A stretch of DNA of 26,833 nt from contig JAQBGU010000240.1 of NCBI GenBank assembly GCA_032128375.1, positions 1 to 26,833 on the forward strand, read 5' to 3'. The position numbers were made by a program, and so were the translations under genes. The notes beneath the pieces were generated by a model that saw only the letters and a list, made by a program, of their open reading frames with translations, had not been told where the DNA came from and ran no database searches. This DNA is from Deltaproteobacteria bacterium. Its GTDB lineage: Bacteria > Myxococcota_A > UBA9160 > SMWR01. Of this stretch, positions 18,973 through 26,833 are shown piece after piece. Position 1 is the stretch's first letter, and every line of letters starts with the position of its first letter.

Positions 18973-19323
18973 TCGTGGCCGGGGCTCGCGCTGCCTGCGC
19001 GCATGTTGCGAACCGTCGCGCCGCGGGCGGCGGCGGTCGCAGTGTGGCACGCGTATGCAGAAGTGCTCGCAGGCAGGGTCGTGCCGCCGCGGCCAACTCG
19101 GCGCGCGACAGCACCGGCTTGCCCAGCAGGTGGCGCGGGCGATACAGATCGGAGAAGATCGGCGCCGGAGCTACCTCGATAGTGAGCCATATCAGGGGAC
19201 GGTGATCGGGGTGTCGGAGACCAGCGACGCGAAGGGGCGGTTTTTCGAGCGGATTGTGGAGATTGCGGCGTCCTGTGATGGTCGCGGTCCGGTCCCGCTC
19301 GGCTGATCGCGCGAGCGGACGGG

Positions 19324-22300
19324 TTGGACGCAATCGAAAAGCGCACGCACAATCCGGCTCGCATCGCCTGGTTCGTCGCGCTTGGCGTTCTCGTCGCGGT
19401 GCGCGTCTGGAACGCGATCGATGGCCCGTTGATGAAGGGCTGGGACGACTGCGGTCACGTCGGCTACATGCTGTTCCTGGATCTGTACCGCTCGGTTCCC
19501 TGGGCCAATCAGGGATGGTCGTACTTTCATCCGCCGCTCCACTATCTGATTGGCTGGGGGCTCGCACAGTTCGGCAATGCTGAAGTCTTGCTGCGAGGCC
19601 TGGCCCTGAACGGCGGTGCGGCGAGCCTCGCGATCGCCTGGCTGACGGCACGCGTGACGCGGCAGGTCCATTCCGGGCGCTGGGTTCTGCCGTGGCTCGT
19701 GTTCGTCAGTGTGGGATCGCTGCCCGTATACCTGTACACCGCCATGATGGCGGGCAACGAAATGACGGCTGCCGCGTTAGGCACGCTCGGTTTTGCGATT
19801 CTGCTCGCCAACGAAGCGCGCGACCAGCCGCGGCTCGCCCGGGATCTCGCTGCAGGTCTGGTTTTCGGCCTTGCGTTGCTCGCGAAGGTCTCGGCGCTAC
19901 TGACCTTGTGCGCGGCCGGGATGACACTGATGTTGCGTTTGCTGCGCGCGTTTGCCGAACGAGACTTCTCATCGGTCCGACTCACGATCTGGCGAAGCAT
20001 AGCGATCGTTGGGCTCGCTGGTGTCGTCTCGAGCCCGTTCTATCTGCGCAATTGGAGTGAGTTCGGAACCCCGTTTCGAATGAGCCGCACGAATTCGCAG
20101 GTGGCCGAGTTGGAGCGGCGACAGCCCCCCGGAGAACGGAGCTGGATCGATCTCGTCTACGTTCCCGCGGCGATCTTCAGCGACTCCCATCCCAAAGCGC
20201 CACACATGCTCCATTCGATCTGGGGGACGGTCTACGCCCAGATGTGGTCCGATCCCAGAGGACGTTCGGAATTTGCATTCCGCGCGGTCAAGAGCCGATC
20301 TTGGGATCGGGCGCGACGGGTTGGCGTGGTGATGGGTCTGCTTCCGACGATTCTGGCCCTGTTAGGCGGCGGGCTGGCGGCGAAAGATGTGTGGCGCGGG
20401 CTCAGACGGCAGGTCTACGTCCCATTGTTTTGTCTGTCTGCGAGCACAATCGGAGCGTTCGCGTGGTTCGCATTCGCGGCGCCGCAATTCTCGGCCCTCA
20501 AAGCGTCGTATCTGCTCGGCCTGACCATTCCCTACGGAGTGTTCATGGCTCGTTCGTTCGAGACCATGCGCAGCAGCGCAGTGCGCCGAGTCGCGATGTC
20601 GATCGTGATAGGCGTCGCCGTGGTCGGTCTCGCCACGCAGACCAACGGGCTGGTTTTGCCGGCTCTACCCGACGGCAGCAGTTTTCCACTCGTTCACGCC
20701 GCATTGGGCGAACATCAGTTGGCGCGGGAGCAGCTGGACAGGCGCGCCCATTCTACCGACTCAGTCAACCACGCGGACCTGGCGATGTTGGAGGGGCGCC
20801 CTGAAATCGCGCGGGGGCTGTACCTCGCGGGTGGCCCCGCCGAGCCCAACGAGCCCGTGGTCTGGAATGCGCTGGGCGCCGCAAATGCAATGCTTGGCGA
20901 GTTGCGTTTGGCGATGCTGGATTTCGAGAACGCCATTGCGGGGGGCCTGCTCGAAGTCGCGCTGGTCAACCGCGGCGTTGTCCATGCGATGATCGACGAT
21001 CTGGGCAAAGCAGAACAGGATCTGCGCCGCGCGCTCGAGATCGACCCGCGGCTGATACCCGCATGGCACAACCTGGCAGAGGTCCTCGAACGCGCCGAAC
21101 AGCCGCTCGAAGCCGAGCGGGCTCGAACCACGGCTCACGGACTCGTCGGGACGCCGCCGAGAGGCTACGCGTACGGAGTTCCAAACGGCCTCGGCCAAGG
21201 GCCGACGGGAACACTCGGAACACGTTGGATGCTGTGGCTAGATGACCGAGACCTTCGACTCGCGCGCGCTCCCTTCCGCGACTCCGACGCGATATCAAGC
21301 CGGCTCCCATCATCTGACGCGTCGAGCGCAGCGTTCAGGCATCCACATCTCGTGCTGATCGTCGTCGATACACTGCGCGCGGATCACCTGGGCGCATACG
21401 GTTACGCTAGACCCACGTCGCCTAACATCGATCGGATCGCCAGCGAAGGGGTCCGATTCGCGAATGCGTCTGCGATCAGTTCATGGACGCTGCCATCGGT
21501 GGCGTCGCTGTTCACGTCGTTGTACCCGTGGGAACACGGGGCGACCGCCTGGAGCAAGAAGATCCGCAAGGGGCTACCAACATTTGCCAGCCTGCTCCGT
21601 GAGGCGGGGTACAGGACGATCGGAGTTTCCGGTAATTTCGTGCACATCACCCGCAGGGGTGGTTTCGCGCGCGGTTTCGGCGTCTTTCGCGAACTCGAAT
21701 TCGAAGTACCCAGAGACGCAGACGATCCACTTCTGGTCATCCGATCGCGCAATGGTCGAGATGTCCGCACACGCGCGCCGTCTGCCCGCGAAGTGAACGA
21801 GGCATTGTTCGGGCTGCTGCCCCAATACACCGACGGGCCGCTGTTCATCTACGCGCACTACATGGAACCCCACTCTGGCTATGACCCGCCGCCCGGTCAT
21901 CTCGAACGCTTCGTAACCGACCCGCAGGCGCATCGAAGCGGCGAAAAGGCGACATCGGCGTATATCAACCGTCTGGCGGGCGGTGAAAGCGCCGACTCCA
22001 AAGAGAGGCAACGACTGGTAGATCTGTATGACGCAGAGGTTGCGTCCGTCGACGAGGCGATCGGTGAATTGCTGGTCGAACTCGAACGCCGCGGGTACGG
22101 CCAGGACCTGGTGGTCAGCATCGTCGCCGACCACGGGGAGGAATTTCTCGATCACGGTGGTTGGTTCCACGGAATCAACCTGTTCGCCGAATCGCTTGCG
22201 GTGCCTTGGGTGATCCGCGACTCGCGCACGAACGGAGAAGGGTTCGTCGTCGACACAGCCGTCGACCTGATCGACGTGGCGCCTACGCTGCTGTCGATCG

Positions 22301-22683
22301 TTGGGGTCGAACCCGACGCAGGAATGCGTGGTCGGCGCATGTTGTCCGGGACGCCCCCACCTCGCGACATTCAAGCTTGGCTGGATCCGGACGAGCGATT
22401 CGAAGCGGCAGTGGCGCCGCGCTTGGCGCGCCGTGCATTCACCCGTTGGCCGTGGAAGCTGATCGCCGATCTGCAGGGAGAGGTCGTGGTCTACCGGTTG
22501 GATCGCGACCCGGGTGAGACGCATCCGATCGCACTCGAAAACGCGGAACTTCCGGTTCGGCTTCGCATCGAGGCCGAAATCCTAGCGCGAGATGCGATGC
22601 ATGAGGCAAAAGACGCGCGACGCAGTGAAGTGATCGAACCGGCGCAACGCGCACGTCTTCGAGTGCTCGGATACGCAGACTGA
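19324..22683 (+). CDS. Three-module fusion, 1119 aa: GT-C (ArnT/PMT-like) membrane domain + TPR repeats + sulfatase/alkaline-phosphatase-fold domain
   Basis: N-terminal ~440 aa are polytopic, with GWDDCGH..Y, YFHPPLHY, ALLAKVS and PFYLRNW. TPRs follow (WNALG..., LVNRG...RRALEIDP, AWHNLA). Then VLIVVDTLRADHLG, SWTLPSVASLFTSLYP, HYMEPH, YDAEV..VD, ADHGEE and terminal LRVLGY. No internal stop. TTG start is uncertain. Confidence 0.82.
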   Translation: MDAIEKRTHNPARIAWFVALGVLVAVRVWNAIDGPLMKGWDDCGHVGYMLFLDLYRSVPWANQGWSYFHPPLHYLIGWGLAQFGNAEVLLRGLALNGGAASLAIAWLTARVTRQVHSGRWVLPWLVFVSVGSLPVYLYTAMMAGNEMTAAALGTLGFAILLANEARDQPRLARDLAAGLVFGLALLAKVSALLTLCAAGMTLMLRLLRAFAERDFSSVRLTIWRSIAIVGLAGVVSSPFYLRNWSEFGTPFRMSRTNSQVAELERRQPPGERSWIDLVYVPAAIFSDSHPKAPHMLHSIWGTVYAQMWSDPRGRSEFAFRAVKSRSWDRARRVGVVMGLLPTILALLGGGLAAKDVWRGLRRQVYVPLFCLSASTIGAFAWFAFAAPQFSALKASYLLGLTIPYGVFMARSFETMRSSAVRRVAMSIVIGVAVVGLATQTNGLVLPALPDGSSFPLVHAALGEHQLAREQLDRRAHSTDSVNHADLAMLEGRPEIARGLYLAGGPAEPNEPVVWNALGAANAMLGELRLAMLDFENAIAGGLLEVALVNRGVVHAMIDDLGKAEQDLRRALEIDPRLIPAWHNLAEVLERAEQPLEAERARTTAHGLVGTPPRGYAYGVPNGLGQGPTGTLGTRWMLWLDDRDLRLARAPFRDSDAISSRLPSSDASSAAFRHPHLVLIVVDTLRADHLGAYGYARPTSPNIDRIASEGVRFANASAISSWTLPSVASLFTSLYPWEHGATAWSKKIRKGLPTFASLLREAGYRTIGVSGNFVHITRRGGFARGFGVFRELEFEVPRDADDPLLVIRSRNGRDVRTRAPSAREVNEALFGLLPQYTDGPLFIYAHYMEPHSGYDPPPGHLERFVTDPQAHRSGEKATSAYINRLAGGESADSKERQRLVDLYDAEVASVDEAIGELLVELERRGYGQDLVVSIVADHGEEFLDHGGWFHGINLFAESLAVPWVIRDSRTNGEGFVVDTAVDLIDVAPTLLSIVGVEPDAGMRGRRMLSGTPPPRDIQAWLDPDERFEAAVAPRLARRAFTRWPWKLIADLQGEVVVYRLDRDPGETHPIALENAELPVRLRIEAEILARDAMHEAKDARRSEVIEPAQRARLRVLGYAD

Positions 22684-22746
22684 TCCTGATCGAGGAGGCT
22701 GCGTGGGAATCGCCGCCCAACGTCGACACCGCACATGAAGGACTGA

Positions 22747-23343
22747 TCAAGCACGAGAAAGATCGTCCGGGGTGTCGATGTCGCGCGCTGCTTTCGCGAA
22801 CGGGACGCGACCCGCAGCGGGGTCGGCGAGCAGCAACATCTGTGCACCGCGGTCGCCTTCGAGCGCTTGGAGCGCCGTGAAGTGCCGACGTCCAAAAATT
22901 GCGGGGACTCCGAGTGTGCCGGCGTATTGCGTCGCCACCATCGCCGCTGCGTTCTTCTGGTAGACGTCGATCAGCGCATCGAGGTGTGCCGAAGTGATTT
23001 CGGATTGGTCGACCAGCAACAGCAGTATCGCGTCGAACGCCGGGTTCGCGGATTGGCTGACCGCGTCGACGCCGCAACGAATCGAACGGCTCAACCCCTC
23101 GCGCCAGTTGTCTCCGAACAGCACGACTGCAGGCAGATCGGCCAGCTCCGACCGGATCGCGTCGCAGTGCGCCCCAGCGACTACAAAAAGCCCCTCGCAC
23201 CGCGACTGCAGTGCCACCTCCGCCGCGTGCCGGACCAGGCTGCGTCCCCGCAACCGGATCAGCTGTTTGGGCTCGCCCATGCGCGTCGATCCGCCGGCGG
23301 CGAGCAGCACAGCCGCAACGCTCGGAGCGCCTGAAGAAGTCAT
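22747..23343 (-). CDS. mocA: Molybdenum cofactor cytidylyltransferase-like nucleotidyltransferase
   Basis: LLAAGGSTRMGEPKQL, NWREGLSRSIRCG, LVDQ, GVPAIF, LEGDRGA, DIDTPDDL. Lies near an MCD-type molybdoenzyme. Confidence 0.8.
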   Translation of the reverse strand: MTSSGAPSVAAVLLAAGGSTRMGEPKQLIRLRGRSLVRHAAEVALQSRCEGLFVVAGAHCDAIRSELADLPAVVLFGDNWREGLSRSIRCGVDAVSQSANPAFDAILLLLVDQSEITSAHLDALIDVYQKNAAAMVATQYAGTLGVPAIFGRRHFTALQALEGDRGAQMLLLADPAAGRVPFAKAARDIDTPDDLSRA

Positions 23344-23450
23344 TGCGAACTCCAGTCTGGAAGCGAAAGGCCGAATGGGAGTTGTAGCATCGGATGATTC
23401 TATGACGAATCAAGGCGAGATTCGCCCCACCCGCTCCGATCTTGCCACGA

Positions 23451-23491
23451 AATGTTGCAGCGAATGCTGCAGCGAATGACCGCGATACAAT
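23451..23491 (+). promoter_or_regulatory. 12-nt tandem repeat followed by a -10-like TACAAT in a divergent intergenic region
   Basis: AATGTTGCAGCG (23451-23462), AATGCTGCAGCG (23463-23474), partial AATGACCGCG, then TACAAT at 23486-23491. Confidence 0.3.
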
Positions 23492-23523
23492 GTCGCACCG
23501 CGGCCGTGAAAACAGAGTGGTGG

Positions 23524-25722
23524 ATGAACGCGATACCCAAACAGCAGAAGTCTCTGGATCAACGTTGGGCCGCCCCCGGGCTGGTTGCGATCGCGCTTGC
23601 GCTGCTGTCGGTGGTCGCGGGCTGCTCGGAACAAAGGCCGTCCAGCTCTTCCTCAGAGACACCTTCCCTTGCAGCCGAGCCGAAGATTGCAAGTGATCGG
23701 GCGCCCACAGCGCTCAACGTTATCGTCATCACGCTCGACACGACGCGGGCTGACGCGCTCGGCTCATACGGTCAAAAGCGGCCTACGAGCCCGAACCTCG
23801 ATCGGCTTGCCGAGCAGGGCACGCAGTTTCTCTCGTGCACCAGCTCCGCGCCGAGCACACTACCGAGCCACAGCTCGATTTTCACCGGGAAGCATCCGCA
23901 CGCGCATGGTGCCCGCGCCAACTCTGGTCATGTCCTGTCCGACGCGAACCAGACGCTCGCCGAAGTACTCAAGTCACACGGTTATGCGACGGGTGCCGAA
24001 ATCGCCGCGCCAGTGATCGGCGCGCATACCCAGCTCGACCAGGGGTTCGATCTCTACCGAGACCTCAAATTCAGCGATGTATCAAAGAAAAGTGTTACTT
24101 TCAAAAAGGGGGGTGGTGACGAGATCTCATCCGAGATTCCCGAACGCGAAGCCTCCGACATCACGAAGCACGGAATCCGGTTCCTCCAGCAACATCGCGA
24201 CGAGAAGTTTTTCTTGTGGCTGCACTACTTTGATGCCCACCAACCCTACTCGCCACCACTTCGATACTTCGAGCTGGTGGGAGAGAGCGATTATCACGGT
24301 GAGGTTCGCTATATCGATGATCAGATCGGTCGCGTACTGGGCGAACTCGACGGACTCGGGCTTCGCGACCGAACTCTGATCGTGGTCACGGCGGACCATG
24401 GCGAGGGGCGCGGGCAGCACTCGGAACCGACCCACGTCTTTTTTGTCTACGACTCGACGATGCGTGTTCCCCTGCTGATGTGGGGGCCTCCCATCCCAGC
24501 CGGGCTCAAAATCGAGGCGCCCGTGCGCACGATCGACATCGCACCGACGATTCTGAACCTGCTCGATCTGCCGCCGTTCGATATCGCCCAGGGGGTTTCG
24601 CTGCTCCCTCTTTTGACCGGTGCGTCGCAGGATATGGAGCTGGTCGGATACGGCGCGTCTATCGATCCCTACACGGTGTTCGGCACGTCGATCATTCGGT
24701 TCCTGCGCGTGGGTCGCTGGAAGTACATCCACAAGGTCAACCCCGAACTCTACGACGTCATTGCCGACCCGGAGGAACTGCACAGTCGGGCGTCCGACGA
24801 ACCCGAGATCGTGCAAGCCATGCAGGCGCAGCTGCGCGAACTGATTGCGGCTGCACCGCCGAGTCCAATCGACTCCCGGCAGCCGATCGATGCCGCAGCG
24901 GCCGCGCAGCTCGAGGCACTGGGTTATGTCGTCGCCGAGAGCTCCGAAACGTTGGGCGACGAACTCAGCCTTCTCGAACTGGTCGGGGGCGATCCGAACG
25001 ACATGATCGAGGATATGGGGCTGATTGCTGCGGGTGTGGGGAAAATGAATGCCAAGGATTTCGAGGGAGCGGCCGAAATGCTGCGTCACGTTGTTGACCG
25101 CAACCCAGACAAGACACCCACGATGATGAAATTGATTGCGGCGCTCAAGGAACTCGACGAAGTCGATGAGCGGCGCGATCTACTCGAAAGGGTCATCGCG
25201 CTCGAACCCAACCTGGTCTCGCCGTATGTTGCACTCGCAGAAATGGATTTCATCGCGGGCAACCTGTCGGAGGCGGAACGGCTGCTCGAAATGGCGATTC
25301 AAAACGATCCCTGCGCGGTGAGCCCGCGAGCGACACTTGCCTATTTGGCGGATCAAAGGAAAGATCATCGACGGTACGTTGTGCTGCTCCGCGCCGGACT
25401 CGGTGATTGCCACCCCAGCGATGAATTTCTGAACAACTACGCCTACGCGCTCGCGACGACGCCACTCGATGAAGACCGCGATGGTGTGGAGGCGTTGCGA
25501 ATCGCTACCCAGATTACACAGGGTCCCAAGGGCAATCGCGCCGACTACCTCGACACGTTGGCCGCAGCCTACGCAGAAACCGGTGAGTTCGATCGCGCGG
25601 TCGAGGCGGCGAAGCGCGGCCTGGTGCTGCTCGAATCGGCCAGTGCCCCGAAAGCCGTGCTCGATGAGGCGCGAGAACATCTCGCACAGTTCGAATCGAA
25701 CCAACCAATCCGCGCGAACTAG
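23524..25722 (+). CDS. Sulfatase-fold + C-terminal TPR protein, predicted lipoprotein
   Basis: Hydrophobic signal ending LSVVAG|C. ITLDTTRADALG, APSTLPSHSSIFTG, WLHYFDAH, TADHGE, VRTIDIAPT, LEALGY, then TPR-like helices ending LNNYAYALAT...YLDTLAAAYAETGEFDRAV. Start at 23524 chosen for signal-peptide length; 23452 is possible. Confidence 0.85.
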   Translation: MNAIPKQQKSLDQRWAAPGLVAIALALLSVVAGCSEQRPSSSSSETPSLAAEPKIASDRAPTALNVIVITLDTTRADALGSYGQKRPTSPNLDRLAEQGTQFLSCTSSAPSTLPSHSSIFTGKHPHAHGARANSGHVLSDANQTLAEVLKSHGYATGAEIAAPVIGAHTQLDQGFDLYRDLKFSDVSKKSVTFKKGGGDEISSEIPEREASDITKHGIRFLQQHRDEKFFLWLHYFDAHQPYSPPLRYFELVGESDYHGEVRYIDDQIGRVLGELDGLGLRDRTLIVVTADHGEGRGQHSEPTHVFFVYDSTMRVPLLMWGPPIPAGLKIEAPVRTIDIAPTILNLLDLPPFDIAQGVSLLPLLTGASQDMELVGYGASIDPYTVFGTSIIRFLRVGRWKYIHKVNPELYDVIADPEELHSRASDEPEIVQAMQAQLRELIAAAPPSPIDSRQPIDAAAAAQLEALGYVVAESSETLGDELSLLELVGGDPNDMIEDMGLIAAGVGKMNAKDFEGAAEMLRHVVDRNPDKTPTMMKLIAALKELDEVDERRDLLERVIALEPNLVSPYVALAEMDFIAGNLSEAERLLEMAIQNDPCAVSPRATLAYLADQRKDHRRYVVLLRAGLGDCHPSDEFLNNYAYALATTPLDEDRDGVEALRIATQITQGPKGNRADYLDTLAAAYAETGEFDRAVEAAKRGLVLLESASAPKAVLDEAREHLAQFESNQPIRAN

Positions 25723-25811
25723 AACCCGGTCCGAGACCGCACCGGCCGCGAAACCACAGCCGTTGAGCGCGAAACGCACATAGCGCATCGCATTGAGAGG
25801 AGCCTGCCCGA

Positions 25812-26615
25812 ATGTCCATGGTTGTCGTCGAGAAGGTCCGACCGCATGTGAGCGTGATTACATTGAACGACCCGGACACGCTCAACGCGATGTCCTTCGA
25901 GTTGGTCGAGGCGCTCTACGTCGCGATCGACGCGGTGGCGGCGGACAACGATTGTTACGTGGCCATCCTGACCGGCGCCGGCCGGGGATTCTGTTCGGGA
26001 CTCAACCTCGAATATGTCGGTGTGCCTCCCGGTGTGGAAGGTCTGCCGGTGTCGCGACTGGCGATCCGGGCGATGTCCTACATGTCAGACCTGATTCCGG
26101 CGATGCGCGCGATGCCTCAACCCCTGATCACGGCAATCAACGGCCCCGCGTACGGTGGAGGCATGTGCTTGACGCTCGGCGCCGATATCCGCGTCGCGTC
26201 GGAATCGGCAGTACTGGCCGGTGCGGGCATCACCAATGGGCTCGCGGGGACAGAACTTGGCATCAGCTATTTGCTGCCGCGTCTCATCGGAGCGTCGCGT
26301 TCGAACGAGATCATTTTGAGTGGCCGCAAAGTCGACGCCCGAGAGGCCGAGCGGATCGGGCTGGTTTCTCGGGTTGTCGCCGACGAGGAGTTACTGGGTG
26401 CGGCGATCGAAATGGCAGAACAGATAGCGGGCTACAGCGCTCACGGTGTGTCCATGACCAAGAGGGTGCTCTGGGACGGCCTCGAATCTGGAAGCCTCGA
26501 AGCGACGATCGATCTCGAGAATCGAAACCAGCTGCTGGTTCGTATGATGACAGAGAATCTCGAAGAGGCGATTCGCGCTCGCCGGGCCAATAGAAAGCCT
26601 GTTTTCAAAGACTGA
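25812..26615 (+). CDS. Crotonase-fold protein, resembling mycobacterial EchA12
   Basis: GRGFCSGLNL, AINGPAYGGGMCL, AGITNGLAGTELGISYLLPRLIG, QLLVRMMTENLEEAIRAR...PVF. GAGGAG SD. Confidence 0.9.
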   Translation: MSMVVVEKVRPHVSVITLNDPDTLNAMSFELVEALYVAIDAVAADNDCYVAILTGAGRGFCSGLNLEYVGVPPGVEGLPVSRLAIRAMSYMSDLIPAMRAMPQPLITAINGPAYGGGMCLTLGADIRVASESAVLAGAGITNGLAGTELGISYLLPRLIGASRSNEIILSGRKVDAREAERIGLVSRVVADEELLGAAIEMAEQIAGYSAHGVSMTKRVLWDGLESGSLEATIDLENRNQLLVRMMTENLEEAIRARRANRKPVFKD

Positions 26616-26678
26616 CCGGGTTGGTCCGGTCACTCGCAGGGGAAGAAGTTCGAGGAGATTCGAACTAGAGTTGATTTC

Positions 26679-26833
26679 ATGGACCTGACCGCGCTGCCAT
26701 CGATCAACGCGACGCTCAACGGCATGGCTTCTATGTTGCTCATCGCCGGCCGGATCCTGATCCACAACACGCGCGTCGACGCGCACCGGCGAGTCATGAT
26801 CTCTGCGTTCTCGGTTTCCACGCTATTCCTGGC
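26679..26833 (+). CDS. DUF420 (YozB/CtaM-like) membrane protein, 5' part; runs off the right edge
   Basis: Manual translation: MDLTALPSINATLNGMASMLLIAGRILIHNTRVDAHRRVMISAFSVSTLFL. LPxxNAxLN...HxxxMxxAFxxSxLFL is the family pattern as I recall it. Not in the ORF track. Confidence 0.8.
   Translation, partial: MDLTALPSINATLNGMASMLLIAGRILIHNTRVDAHRRVMISAFSVSTLFL

Noticed and set aside
19045..19059. Sigma54 promoter-like TGGCACGCGTATGCA upstream of the fusion gene
   Set aside because: Only 9 nt separate GG and GC; sigma54 needs exactly 10.
22684..22746. Bidirectional terminator between the convergent fusion and mocA-like genes
   Set aside because: No convincing stem with U/A tracts.
23451..23484. 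Tandem repeat as a CRISPR or mobile-element end
   Set aside because: Only 12 nt, under three copies, no spacers, and no cas or transposase genes nearby.

Overview
GC-rich bacterial chromosomal window, almost entirely coding. I found no rRNA, tRNA, CRISPR array, integrase or transposase. Left arm, minus strand: a double-domain family III CoA-transferase, a sodium:solute symporter and the 5' end of a single-chain indolepyruvate:ferredoxin oxidoreductase-family gene (missed by the ORF track), preceded by a decayed amidohydrolase. Centre, plus strand: an F420-type LLM oxidoreductase, then a modified beta-oxidation cluster. That cluster has a heteromeric-type acyl-CoA dehydrogenase pair, an SDR broken by one in-frame TAG, a catalytically stripped HMG-CoA-synthase-fold/DUF35 fusion, an SCP2-type thiolase and two non-canonical crotonases. 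Right arm: two interleaved modules. One is a Tat-exported two-subunit molybdenum hydroxylase with a MocA-like nucleotidyltransferase. The other is three envelope genes: an AftB-like GT-C glycosyltransferase, a 1119-aa GT-C + TPR + sulfatase-fold fusion, and a sulfatase-fold + TPR lipoprotein. Both sulfatase-fold domains carry T-L-P-S instead of the formylglycine motif. The window ends with an EchA12-like crotonase and the start of a DUF420 gene. The best candidates for an undescribed system are the GT-C/TPR/Thr-type sulfatase-fold module and the Bbs/Phl-like acyl-CoA pathway. All family calls come from motif recognition by eye, with no database search.
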